Notes: a model not told the origin generated them from the letters alone. DNA of 32,000 bases from Blochmannia endosymbiont of Camponotus nipponensis (GCF_009827135.1 NZ_CP046534.1:1-32000); one strand, 5' to 3'. Shown: positions 21,421 through 31,504, numbered from the stretch's first letter. Translations and numbers: made by a program.

Positions 21421-21738
21421 TGTGCTAAATAAATATTTATTATAATGAAAATCCACAATTAGATTAGTAATATTTAAAACTTTTATTATCACAAATTACT
21501 CATTACTTTCCTATATTTAAATAAAACTAGATTATTATACAATATAGTTTTAAATAATACATATAGCCATAATAGTAGCTCTTATTTTTTATTTGTAATC
21601 AAACTATAATTATAATGACATTTATACAGATACAAACAATAAAATAAACCGTATAATAGTACAATACAAACTTATAAAAATAGTACACTCCCGTAATAAT
21701 GATATTAAATTTTATTATTTATATAACACAAAAGACAG

Positions 21739-21768
21739 TTGACGGATATTTTATAACTGTTGCATAAT
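21739..21768 (+). promoter_or_regulatory. Candidate sigma70 promoter for the tRNA operon
   Basis: TTGACG (21739-21744), an 18-nt spacer, then CATAAT (21763-21768), followed by the G+C-rich discriminator GCGG typical of stable-RNA promoters. It sits about 70 nt upstream of tRNA-Met. Promoter-like hexamers are common in A+T-rich DNA, so this is tentative. Confidence 0.4.
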
Positions 21769-21840
21769 GCGGAAATGAGTATATGTTACTAAATGCATCA
21801 TTGAATTTTTTTATAAAACAATACAATTGAAGAAATCATT

Positions 21841-21914
<74 letters not shown>

Positions 21915-21958
21915 TTATATTGAAATAACAATATAACTATGATAATACAACCACAAAC

Positions 21959-22040
21959 GCGGGAGTGGCGAAATAGGTAAACGCGTCAGAATTAGGATCT
22001 GATGCCGCAAGGTATGCGAGTTCAAATCTCGCCTCCCGTA
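21959..22040 (+). tRNA. leuW: tRNA-Leu (UAG), long variable arm
   Basis: GCGGGAGTGGCGAAATAGGTAAACGC...ATTAGGA...GCGAGTTCAAATCTCGCCTCCCGT-A closely resembles E. coli leuW. The anticodon is TAG. The 3' CCA is not encoded (followed by TGT). Confidence 0.95.
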
Positions 22041-22116
22041 TGTTTATTTACGAAATGATTATATAAAAAATAAAAATATGATAAATATAAAACACTAATA
22101 AATATATTTAGAATAA

Positions 22117-22188
22117 TGGGGCATAGCCAAACGGTAAGGCAGCGGGTTTTGATCCCGCCATTCCCAGGTTCGAATCCTGGTGCCCCAG
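22117..22188 (+). tRNA. glnU: tRNA-Gln (UUG)
   Basis: TGGGGCATAGCCAAACGGTAAGGCAGCGGGTTTTGATCCCGCC...GGTTCGAATCCTGGTGCCCCA-G closely resembles E. coli glnU. The anticodon is TTG, and U1:A72 and G73 are retained. The 3' CCA is not encoded (followed by TAA). Confidence 0.95.
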
Positions 22189-22350
22189 TAAAAGTAGATC
22201 ATCACTAAATTATTACACTTTAATAATCAAAAATAGGATGCTTTAAATTCATAATAAAAATTATAATTTTTTATTAACAAATGATTAGAAATCAATAATA
22301 AAAATATTAGGTGCAAAAAAAAACTTTTTACAATTACAGAATAAATTTAT

Positions 22351-22384
22351 AGTTATATATAAATATAAATATTTATATATAACT
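22351..22384. terminator. Candidate bidirectional terminator hairpin between the convergent tRNA operon and ubiF
   Basis: AGTTATATATAAATA-TAAA-TATTTATATATAACT has perfect 15-bp arms and a 4-nt loop. It is almost entirely A/T, so it could arise by chance in this composition. Confidence 0.35.
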
Positions 22385-22463
22385 TGTTATTAAATTACAT
22401 GTACTTAGTTATATTGATATATCACCCATAATATAACTATCATATTTATTTATAAATACCTTT

Positions 22464-23636
22464 TTATAATATACCTAAAGCATATTTTAATATTTGCTTT
22501 TTTAAGTAATAAGAACGCTCAACCGCCATAAATGTGATATTTCTTGCTATCTTTAATGGTAAACAATTATTATGGAAAAGAACGTATAGCCAATCTATAC
22601 ACGATTGCATTAAGAAAGAGTCGTATTCACGACTCTTTTGATAGGATATCAAAACTTCTGAAACACTCGAACGCTCTTCAAAAACACGTGAATGTATCAA
22701 TAATTGTGACAAGCTTATAACATCACGCAGTCCTAAATTTATTCCTTGTCCTGCTAAAGGATGCAAAGAACACGCAGCATCACCAACTAGTGCCCCTCCT
22801 GTAGTTACATACTCATGTGCACGTTGACGAATCAAGGGAACTACAGCCATATTGTGTAGTTTGATATTACCTAATTGTTTTTGGAAATTACTTTCAATTT
22901 CTTTTTCTAACATTTCTATAGGTAATTTTTGTAATTCCTGAATACGTTTAGGAGTGTTATACCACATTAATGACCCCCAATGACTATATAGAGGCAAAAA
23001 ACCTATAGGGCCATAAGGAGTAAATATCTGCCAAAGTGTTCCATGTTTATATTTATCTGTTTCAATAGTGAGCAACATACAACATTGATGATATTTCCAG
23101 CCAATTACTCCAATTCCTAACTTTTTCCGGATTTGAGAATGCATACCATCAGCTCCTATTAACAAACGACTAATAATTACGACACCATTATCAAGAATAC
23201 ACCGCCAGTCACAGCCATCGTAATACATGGAGATTAACATAGATGGACAACATAACGTTATTGTTTTAAAGTTTATGAAATTTTCCCAAAGTGCTAATTG
23301 TAAACGATTATTTTCAACAATATACCCCATTTTAGACAAACCTACAGACATGGCATGAAAAATTACTTTTGCTGATGACCATTCCCATACTTCTAGGTGA
23401 TGATATGGGGTACAAAAATCAGAAGGAATTTTTTTCCACACATTAATTTCTCTTAAGAACTCTATCGAAGCATAATTAATAGCAGCAACCCGAATATGCG
23501 GTTTTTTTTTGATCGGAATAGGATGTTTGTAATCTACTATAATTACTTTAATACCAGATTGAGAAAGACGCAACGCTAAAGATGCACCTATAATACCCGC
23601 TCCAAATATTAACACATCACAAAATAATTTATTCAT
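22464..23636 (-). CDS. ubiF: FAD-dependent ubiquinone-biosynthesis hydroxylase (UbiF by synteny; UbiH/UbiI are paralogs)
   Basis: 390 aa (E. coli UbiF is 391 aa). The N-terminal Rossmann motif is VLIFGAGIIGASLAL. LLIGADGMHSQIR and GDAACSLHPLAGQGINLGLRD are present. The position between the tRNA cluster and ybeZ matches E. coli ubiF. Confidence 0.85.
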   Translation of the reverse strand: MNKLFCDVLIFGAGIIGASLALRLSQSGIKVIIVDYKHPIPIKKKPHIRVAAINYASIEFLREINVWKKIPSDFCTPYHHLEVWEWSSAKVIFHAMSVGLSKMGYIVENNRLQLALWENFINFKTITLCCPSMLISMYYDGCDWRCILDNGVVIISRLLIGADGMHSQIRKKLGIGVIGWKYHQCCMLLTIETDKYKHGTLWQIFTPYGPIGFLPLYSHWGSLMWYNTPKRIQELQKLPIEMLEKEIESNFQKQLGNIKLHNMAVVPLIRQRAHEYVTTGGALVGDAACSLHPLAGQGINLGLRDVISLSQLLIHSRVFEERSSVSEVLISYQKSREYDSFLMQSCIDWLYVLFHNNCLPLKIARNITFMAVERSYYLKKQILKYALGIL

Positions 23637-24043
23637 AATACTTTACAATTCATGTAAAGATTGTTCTTGCAGATCACTGTATTCTTAATGATATTAATAT
23701 TTCATGCAAACAAATACTTTTAAACAATAAATTTATAACATATAAAAATGAAAAACTTAAATAAATATAAAAAAATAAAAATCAATCACAATGACATGTT
23801 CTTGACATATAATTAAACATGTTTTACCCTAAATGTATTATTGTTAGTTTATACTGTTGTGTTAATGAATTGGTTGATTTTTATGAATTATTTTATATAT
23901 ATATCTTAAGATATCATGTTACTATTTATTTTAAAATTTAAAATATGTCTCAAAAAAAATATTTGAAAATTTCTATCACCTGTAAATGGTGACAGAATTT
24001 GTTGTTGTTGACTGTTCTATTTCTGAAAAGTTAGGGGTAATAT

Positions 24044-25027
24044 TTGAATTTAGAAACCAAAGAAATTAGATTACAACCAGCAAATAATAAACGTTTAATA
24101 AGTCTATGCGGACCTTTTGATGATAATTTAAAACAATTAGAGTCTCAATTGAGCATTACCATAAATAGATGTGACAATTTTTTTAAATTAATAGGAACAT
24201 CATTAGCAGTTGATACCGCTACTAATGCTTTAATATCTCTATACTCAGATACAGAATCTGAGTATGGAACGATTCATGATATTAATCCAGAGCAAGTATA
24301 TTTGACCATTAAACAAATTCAAATTTCAAAAAAACAATCACAACATATAGAAGATATTCATCACACTTTGATGCAAATTGAAACAAAACATGGAATAATA
24401 AAACCTCGTACAAAAAATCAAACACAATATATTTCTAACATTTTTAACCACGATATCACTTTTGGCATAGGACCTGCAGGTACTGGAAAAACTTATCTAG
24501 CAATAGCTGCTGCAGTAGATTTATTAGAGCGAAGAAAAAACAAACACATTATTTTAACTCGCCCTGCTATTGAAGCTGGAGAGAAATTGGGGTTTTTACC
24601 AGGTGATCTTAACCAAAAATCTGATCCCTATGTACGTCCATTATATGATGCTTTATTTAATATACTTGGTCAGGAAAGAGTAGAACAATTAATACAAAAA
24701 AATATAATAGAAGTCGCACCATTAGCATATATGCGTGGACGTACATTAAATGATTCTGTTATCATTCTTGACGAGAGTCAGAACACTACTATCACTCAAA
24801 TGAAGATGTTTTTAACACGTATTGGGTTTGACTCTACAGTAATTATTACCGGCGATATAACTCAAATTGATTTACCAATTACTCAAACATCTGGATTAAC
24901 ACATGCCATGAAAGTATTGCCTGTTATTAAAGATATTAGTTTTAATTTTTTTACCAAAGAAGATTCAATTCGTCATGCGATAGTTAGTCGCATAATAGAT
25001 GCTTATGAAGCATGGGACAAAAAATAA
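24044..25027 (+). CDS. ybeZ: PhoH-like ATPase YbeZ
   Basis: The TTG start at 24044 is preceded by AGGGG at 24033-24037. MNLETKEIRLQPANNKRLISLCGPFDDNLKQLE matches E. coli MNIDTREITLEPADNARLLSLCGPFDDNIKQLE. Walker A GPAGTGKTYLA is present. Confidence 0.93.
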   Translation: MNLETKEIRLQPANNKRLISLCGPFDDNLKQLESQLSITINRCDNFFKLIGTSLAVDTATNALISLYSDTESEYGTIHDINPEQVYLTIKQIQISKKQSQHIEDIHHTLMQIETKHGIIKPRTKNQTQYISNIFNHDITFGIGPAGTGKTYLAIAAAVDLLERRKNKHIILTRPAIEAGEKLGFLPGDLNQKSDPYVRPLYDALFNILGQERVEQLIQKNIIEVAPLAYMRGRTLNDSVIILDESQNTTITQMKMFLTRIGFDSTVIITGDITQIDLPITQTSGLTHAMKVLPVIKDISFNFFTKEDSIRHAIVSRIIDAYEAWDKK

Positions 25028-25130
25028 AAAATTTATATACGTATCTAAATAAATCAAAACATAATCACACATCAAATTATAAAAACAAATACGTAATGAT
25101 AATAATCATTAGAATGAGAAGGATTAATTA

Positions 25131-25619
25131 ATGGTAAATAATCAAGTGATTATTGATCTGCAGTTAGCATGTAAAAATCTGAATGGATTACCTAATCAAA
25201 AAATGTTTCAAACATGGATATACAATATATTTGCTACATATAGAAAAAAAATTGAATTAACAGTTCGTATAGTAGATAAAAAAGAGATGCGTTATTTAAA
25301 TTGGTATTATTTGGGAAAAAATTATCCCACTAATGTTTTATCGTTTCCTTTTACGCCGCCATCAATCGTTACATCTCCATTACTTGGAGATATAGTACTT
25401 TGTCGCCAGGTCATAGAATATGAATCTAAACAAAACAATGTGCCTTCTCAATCACATTGGGCTCATATGACAATTCATGGTTCATTACATTTATTAGGCT
25501 ATAATCATATTTTTGATAAAGAAGCCATGTTAATGAAACAAGTAGAAATCAGTATACTTCGAAAATGTGGATATAAGAGATGTTGTTATATTAAACATAG
25601 ATCATTTAAATATTTATAA
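25131..25619 (+). CDS. ybeY: Endoribonuclease YbeY (16S rRNA 3' maturation)
   Basis: 162 aa. VIIDLQLACKN, PTNVLSFPF and the metal-binding HGSLHLLGYNH motif match E. coli YbeY. Confidence 0.93.
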   Translation: MVNNQVIIDLQLACKNLNGLPNQKMFQTWIYNIFATYRKKIELTVRIVDKKEMRYLNWYYLGKNYPTNVLSFPFTPPSIVTSPLLGDIVLCRQVIEYESKQNNVPSQSHWAHMTIHGSLHLLGYNHIFDKEAMLMKQVEISILRKCGYKRCCYIKHRSFKYL

Positions 25620-25638
25620 ATACAATTAAAATAACATT

Positions 25639-26526
25639 ATGAATAATAATTTAGAGGAGAACGTTAATTCTATTCGCAAAAAGAGTTTCTTTACTTTCAT
25701 ATTACATCATCTCTTTCATAGTAGTCCTAAAAATCGCAACGATTTATTAAATTTAATACGTGATTTTGAACAAAATGCTTTGATAGATTCAGATACCCGA
25801 GATATGTTAGAAGGGGTTATGGATATTGTTGAACAAAAAGTTAGAGATGTTATGATACCTAGAGCACAAATTATTTTTTTAAAAAATACTCAGTCTTGGG
25901 ATGAACAACTTAATACTATTATAGAATCTGCCCATTCCAGATTCCCAGTATTACATGGTAATCAAGATAAAATCCAAGGTGTTTTAATTGCTAAAGACTT
26001 ATTACCATTTATATTAAAAAAATATCAACCATGTAATATTGATAAAATTTTACGTCCTGCTCTGGTAGTACCAGAGCACAAAGGCGTAGATAGAATGTTA
26101 CAAGAATTTCGTCTGAAACGTTGCCATATGGCAATTGTAATAGATGAATTTGGGGGAATGTCCGGATTAATTACCATAGAAGATATATTAGAATTGATTG
26201 TGGGAGAAATTGAAGATGAATATGATAATAAAAATAGTTGTAATATTTGTCAAATAAGCCAATATACTTTTATTGTTAACGCATTAACCCCTGTTATAGA
26301 TTTTAATAAAATATTCAATACCTGTTTTTACAATGAAGAAATAGATACTATTGGAGGTTTTATTATGCAATCTTTTGGGCATTTGCCTACCAATGGAGAA
26401 TCTATTAATATTTCAGGTTATAAATTTAAAGTCACACTTACAGACAGTCATCGTATTGTACAACTACTTGTAAAAATTCCTAAAAACTCACTATATATCC
26501 CCAAACAAAATGATCTAAAAATATGA
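25639..26526 (+). CDS. corC: CBS-domain Mg/Co efflux-associated protein CorC (YbeX)
   Basis: 295 aa. DTRDMLEGVMDI, HSRFPV, MAIVIDEFGGMSGLITIEDILELIVGEIEDEYD are near-identical to E. coli YbeX. Confidence 0.93.
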   Translation: MNNNLEENVNSIRKKSFFTFILHHLFHSSPKNRNDLLNLIRDFEQNALIDSDTRDMLEGVMDIVEQKVRDVMIPRAQIIFLKNTQSWDEQLNTIIESAHSRFPVLHGNQDKIQGVLIAKDLLPFILKKYQPCNIDKILRPALVVPEHKGVDRMLQEFRLKRCHMAIVIDEFGGMSGLITIEDILELIVGEIEDEYDNKNSCNICQISQYTFIVNALTPVIDFNKIFNTCFYNEEIDTIGGFIMQSFGHLPTNGESINISGYKFKVTLTDSHRIVQLLVKIPKNSLYIPKQNDLKI

Positions 26527-28055
26527 TTGCTATGATTACTACATTTCATAAATATAAAGAATATCTTTGGTCTATCATAATATTGTTATTTGGAGTATTC
26601 GGTATTTTAGGATTTTCCCCATATAATTTTTGGCCAGCTAGTATTATCTCTTCAACTATTTTATTAAAAATTATTCTAGATTCTACATGGAAAAAAGCTG
26701 CATGGTATACATTTTTTTGGGGTATTGGATTTTTTGGGAGCGGATTGCAATGGATCTATATAAGTCTAGATCAATTTAGCAAAATGTATAGTTTTGTTAA
26801 TATTTTATTAATCGTTTTTTTAGTATTATATCTAACATTATTTCCCGTATTATTTTCCATTTTATTGGCGATAACGCAATCACATACAACTATATGGTAT
26901 ACAATAAGTGTGGCTCCAATATTCTGGCTAACTACAGAATATATTAGAGGATATATTTTCACCGGATTTCCATGGTTACAACTTGGATATACTCAAATTG
27001 ATGGACCCCTTAAAGGTATTGCCCCTATTTTTGGAGTGGAAGGTATTACATTTGTATTAATATTAATTAGCGGATTATTAGCAGTATCAATTAAAAAAAA
27101 ACAATTATCATCAACTATCATATCTTTGGGGATGCTATTGCTTTTATGGCCTCTAACATGGATACAATGGTATCATTTACAGCCACAACGTGCTGTGCGT
27201 GTTTCTTTAGTGCAAGGTGATATCGACCAACATATAAAATGGAACCCTAATTATGTAGAAAAAATATTACAGACATATATCAATCATACTTTACCTTTGT
27301 TAGGAAAAACTAAAATAGTTATTTGGCCAGAATCAGCTATTCCAGGAAATGAAATCGATCATAATAAAACTTTAAAATTATTAGATCATCAATTTAGACA
27401 ACATCAAACAAATTTAATTACTGGGATCATTGGAGTACGTTGTGCTTACAATTGTTACCATTACTATAACAGTGTAATAGTACTCGGAGAATCTGAACCT
27501 TATAAATACCCACATTATAATCGGTATGATAAACATCATTTAGTATTATATTCTGAAAGATTTCCATTTCAGAAATTTTTTAATCCACTGTTAAATTTTA
27601 TTAAATTTCCTATACCTTTAATGCAAAAAGGTTGTTACATTCAACCACAATTAACTGTATCATATATAAAAATGACTGTTTCTATTTGTTACGAAATAAT
27701 TCTGGGTAAACAAATACGTGATAATTTTAAACCTGACACTGATTTTTTATTAACTATTGCAAACAATGCATGGTTCGGAAATTCTATTGGACCATGGCAG
27801 TATTTTCAAATGGCTCGTATGCGTGCTTTAGAATTAGGAAGACCTTTATTATGCAGTACAAATAATGGAATCACTGCGATTATTAATGCAGATGGTTCTC
27901 TGAAAGCACAACTACCTCAATTTACCTCTGCAGTACTTAGTGATGAAGTTATTCCAACCACAGGTTTAACACCATATGCAAAATTTAGATATTGGCTATT
28001 TTTAGGTGTTGCTATATATATTGTGCTCATTTTTAAATGCAAAAATTATGTATAA
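26523..28055 (+). CDS. lnt: Apolipoprotein N-acyltransferase
   Basis: 510 aa (E. coli 512 aa). It has a multi-TM N-terminal half and a nitrilase-fold C-terminal half with VIWPESAIP (Glu), YDKHHLV (Lys) and SICYEII (Cys) catalytic contexts. There is a 4-nt ATGA overlap with the corC stop. Confidence 0.93.
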   Translation: MIAMITTFHKYKEYLWSIIILLFGVFGILGFSPYNFWPASIISSTILLKIILDSTWKKAAWYTFFWGIGFFGSGLQWIYISLDQFSKMYSFVNILLIVFLVLYLTLFPVLFSILLAITQSHTTIWYTISVAPIFWLTTEYIRGYIFTGFPWLQLGYTQIDGPLKGIAPIFGVEGITFVLILISGLLAVSIKKKQLSSTIISLGMLLLLWPLTWIQWYHLQPQRAVRVSLVQGDIDQHIKWNPNYVEKILQTYINHTLPLLGKTKIVIWPESAIPGNEIDHNKTLKLLDHQFRQHQTNLITGIIGVRCAYNCYHYYNSVIVLGESEPYKYPHYNRYDKHHLVLYSERFPFQKFFNPLLNFIKFPIPLMQKGCYIQPQLTVSYIKMTVSICYEIILGKQIRDNFKPDTDFLLTIANNAWFGNSIGPWQYFQMARMRALELGRPLLCSTNNGITAIINADGSLKAQLPQFTSAVLSDEVIPTTGLTPYAKFRYWLFLGVAIYIVLIFKCKNYV

Positions 28056-28266
28056 TTTTAATAAAAATTTTTAAATATTCAATGCACTTAGTATATAATT
28101 ACTTAAGAGATTTGAATTCATCGAACATTATTAATTAGATAAACTGCATCATTACAATATTAGTTTTTATTTTTATAAAAACTTTATTTAAAAAAAATTG
28201 ATATTTAATCATTAATTAAAATTTATTAATTACTAATTAATAATTTTATTATATCACAAAGTTATT

Positions 28267-30879
28267 ATGCATAAATCATATTCTCCAAATGAAATAGAAA
28301 GTGTTATTCAACAGTATTGGTATACTAATAAAACTTTTTCAGTAATCGAAGATAATAATAAAGAAAAATATTATTGTTTATCAATGATTCCATATCCATC
28401 TGGAAACTTGCATATGGGGCATGTGCGCAATTATACAATTGGAGATGTAATTTCTCGATTTCAACGTATGCTTGGAAAAAACGTACTACAGCCCATGGGA
28501 TGGGATGCATTTGGATTACCTGCAGAACACGCCGCCATGATAAACAATGTAGATCCAGCAAAATGGACATATTCTAATATCAATTACATGAAAAATCAAT
28601 TACAAACATTAGGTTTTGCCTATGATTGGAACAGAGAACTGATCACTTGTCAGCCACAATATTACCAATGGGAACAGTGGTTTTTTACTGTATTATATAA
28701 AAAAGGTTTAGTATATAAAAAAACAGCATCAGTAAATTGGTGTCCATATCATAAAACAGTTTTAGCTAATGAACAGGTCATAAATGATTGCTGTTGGCGT
28801 TGTCATACTCATGTGAAATATAAAAAAATTCCGCAATGGTTTATAAAAATTACTAATTATGCAGATCAATTATTATATGGACTAAATCAATTAAAACATT
28901 GGCCCACACAGGTAAAAGTTATGCAGCGAAATTGGATTGGCCGTTCAAAAGGCATAAATGTTACTTTTAAAATTAAACATTCCAATGACACGTTGACGAT
29001 ATACATGACACGATTAGATATTTTTATGGGAATTACTTATTTAGTAATATCTATAGATCATCCAATAGCGTTAAAAATAGCAAAAAACAATTTAAATTTA
29101 GCTCACTTTATTCAAAAGTGTGATAATTTCTATACTAAATTAAATAAGAATAATATTCTTTATTTTGAAAAAAAAGGAATGCCTATAAATATTTGCGCAA
29201 TACATCCAATTACTAATAGTGAATTACCGATTTGGGTCGCGAATTTTGTAGTACCTATGGAATCAGATAAAATAGGAGCAGCTATATCAGTTCCAGCGCA
29301 TAATCAACAAGATTGGGAATTTGCTCAAAAATATAATCTACCAATAAAACCTGTTATAAAAAATCTAGATGGAACTGAAGAAAATATTATGGTTAAAGCA
29401 ATGACTCATTATGGAATATTATTTAATTCTGGTAAATTTGATGGTTTAAGTTCTTATATCGCTTCTAATATTATTACCAAAATATTAATTACAAATGGTA
29501 TAGCTCAATATAAAACACAGTATCGTCTAAAAGATTGGTGCATTTCGCGCCAACGTTATTGGGGCGTTCCTATTCCCATAATAACATTAAAAAATAATGT
29601 TGTTAAGCCAGTACCCTTGGCTCAACTGCCAATAATTCTTCCAAAAAATATGTCAAATATACAAGGAAACAACAATAGATATATCAATAGTTCTTTAAAA
29701 ATATATTCTGAATGGATACAAACTACATATAAAGGACATACAGCTATTCGTGATACTGATACTTTTGATACTTTTATGGAATCTTCTTGGTATTATGCGC
29801 GTTATACTTGTCCTAATTATAATGAAGGTATGTTAAATACGCATGCTGCCAATTATTGGTTACCAATTGATCAATACATAGGTGGCATTGAACATGCCAC
29901 TATGCATTTGTTATATTTTCGGTTTTATCATAAATTAATGCGTGATGAAGGACTAGTGCATACCGACGAACCTGCAATACGTTTATTATGTCAAGGTATG
30001 GTATTAGCAGATTCTTTTTATTATTTATCTTCTAATAACCAACGTATATGGGTTAATCCAACTAATATCAAAATAAAACGTGATAAAAAAGGATGTATAA
30101 TAAAAGCTATTGACAAAAATGGACATGATTTAATTTATGATGGAATATGTAAAATGTCAAAATCTAAAAATAATGGCATTGATCCAAATATAATTATTAA
30201 AAAATATGGAGCAGATGCGGTACGTTTTTCTATCATGTTTGCTGCTCCAATTGAATCGCCATTAGAATGGAAAGAATCTGGTATAAAAGGTGCTCAACGT
30301 TTTCTCAGACGTATTTGGAACTTAGTATACCGACACGTCCAAAATAGACCCATAGAAACTTTATGTGTTTTAAAACTTAATCATGCACAAAAAATTATTC
30401 GATACAATATACATAAAACTATAGAAAAAGTTACCGAGGATATTGATCATAGACAAGCATTTAACACTGCTTTAACAGCTATTATGAAATTATTCAATAA
30501 ATTATATAATGCCCCACAAGGAAATACACAAGACAGAGCAGTATTACAAGAAGGTTTAACTATAATAATACGATTACTATATCCATTTACCCCCCATATC
30601 AGTTTTATTTTATGGAAGGCTCTAGGAGGTTCGGAAGATATTGATCATGTAACATGGCCTGTTGTAGATAAACAAGCAATAAAAAATGAAAGAACACTCG
30701 TCCTAGTACAAGTGAACGGAAAGATGCGACATAAAATTTATGTACCGTTAAATAGTGATAAGAATATGGTTTATAAATTGTTAGAAACAGAAGGCATTTT
30801 GAACAAATATCTTATTGGAAAAAAAATGAATAATATTATTTTTATTCCAAATAAAGTAATTAATATTATTGTAAAGTGA
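28267..30879 (+). CDS. leuS: Leucyl-tRNA synthetase
   Basis: 870 aa. HMGH (PYPSGNLHMGHVRNY) and KMSKSK motifs are present. Residue numbering is identical to E. coli LeuRS through residue 260. The CP1 editing motifs are altered (see findings). Confidence 0.97.
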   Translation: MHKSYSPNEIESVIQQYWYTNKTFSVIEDNNKEKYYCLSMIPYPSGNLHMGHVRNYTIGDVISRFQRMLGKNVLQPMGWDAFGLPAEHAAMINNVDPAKWTYSNINYMKNQLQTLGFAYDWNRELITCQPQYYQWEQWFFTVLYKKGLVYKKTASVNWCPYHKTVLANEQVINDCCWRCHTHVKYKKIPQWFIKITNYADQLLYGLNQLKHWPTQVKVMQRNWIGRSKGINVTFKIKHSNDTLTIYMTRLDIFMGITYLVISIDHPIALKIAKNNLNLAHFIQKCDNFYTKLNKNNILYFEKKGMPINICAIHPITNSELPIWVANFVVPMESDKIGAAISVPAHNQQDWEFAQKYNLPIKPVIKNLDGTEENIMVKAMTHYGILFNSGKFDGLSSYIASNIITKILITNGIAQYKTQYRLKDWCISRQRYWGVPIPIITLKNNVVKPVPLAQLPIILPKNMSNIQGNNNRYINSSLKIYSEWIQTTYKGHTAIRDTDTFDTFMESSWYYARYTCPNYNEGMLNTHAANYWLPIDQYIGGIEHATMHLLYFRFYHKLMRDEGLVHTDEPAIRLLCQGMVLADSFYYLSSNNQRIWVNPTNIKIKRDKKGCIIKAIDKNGHDLIYDGICKMSKSKNNGIDPNIIIKKYGADAVRFSIMFAAPIESPLEWKESGIKGAQRFLRRIWNLVYRHVQNRPIETLCVLKLNHAQKIIRYNIHKTIEKVTEDIDHRQAFNTALTAIMKLFNKLYNAPQGNTQDRAVLQEGLTIIIRLLYPFTPHISFILWKALGGSEDIDHVTWPVVDKQAIKNERTLVLVQVNGKMRHKIYVPLNSDKNMVYKLLETEGILNKYLIGKKMNNIIFIPNKVINIIVK

Positions 30880-31433
30880 ATTCTGAATATTTCTTACGTA
30901 AAAAAAATTGTTTTTTAATAATTATAAGTATTGTAACTACTATTACACTTGCAAGTTGTAGTTATCGATTACACACAGATGTAACAGATCAAGAATTAAA
31001 AACAATTAGAAACAATATAAAATCTATGGTAATACACAGTTATGATCCATGTGGATCAATAACTCGAGCTATAATTTCTGAGTTATACGCAAATCATATT
31101 GATATATTTGATGATTTTAATAATGATATGTGTACAGAAAAAACACAGATTCCTCATTTATATATCATCAATGCTTTAGAAAAACACATAACCACTTTTT
31201 TATTTCAAAATGGAAAAGAAGCTGGGTATCAATTAATATTACGCATACAAACTAATTTATTAATACCAAATAAAGATTGTTGTCCTATCAAAATTTGCGT
31301 ATGTCGTTCTTTTATAAGAAACCCTGAAAAAGCTTTATTTAATGATACACAAGAAAAAAATATACGTAAAGAAATGTATCAAGAAGCAGCTCAACAACTT
31401 ATATATCAATTGATTCTACAATATGAAAATTGA
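30876..31433 (+). CDS. lptE: LPS-assembly lipoprotein LptE (RlpB)
   Basis: The GTG start overlaps the leuS TGA (GTGA). A signal peptide with lipobox TLASC is present. The C-terminal RSFIRNPEKALFNDTQEKNIRKEMYQEAAQQLI matches E. coli LptE [33 protein letters not shown]. The position between leuS and holA is syntenic. Confidence 0.8.
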   Translation: MNSEYFLRKKNCFLIIISIVTTITLASCSYRLHTDVTDQELKTIRNNIKSMVIHSYDPCGSITRAIISELYANHIDIFDDFNNDMCTEKTQIPHLYIINALEKHITTFLFQNGKEAGYQLILRIQTNLLIPNKDCCPIKICVCRSFIRNPEKALFNDTQEKNIRKEMYQEAAQQLIYQLILQYEN

Positions 31434-31504
31434 TAATTCAGATGTATTGTAAAATTATTTTTTATATTTAATATAAATTTTTTATTTTATCATTAAAATA
31501 TGTC

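Noticed and set aside
23962-23996. Sigma32-type heat-shock promoter upstream of ybeZ (TTTGAAA resembles the CTTGAAA -35)
   Set aside because: There is no CCCCAT-like -10 at the required 13-15-nt spacing; the sequence there is CACCTGTA. The -35-like heptamer alone is expected by chance in this composition.
28325-28577. Two ORFs (81 aa minus, 67 aa plus) inside the 5' part of leuS
   Set aside because: They overlap the highly conserved HMGH region of LeuRS in other frames. They are frame artefacts.
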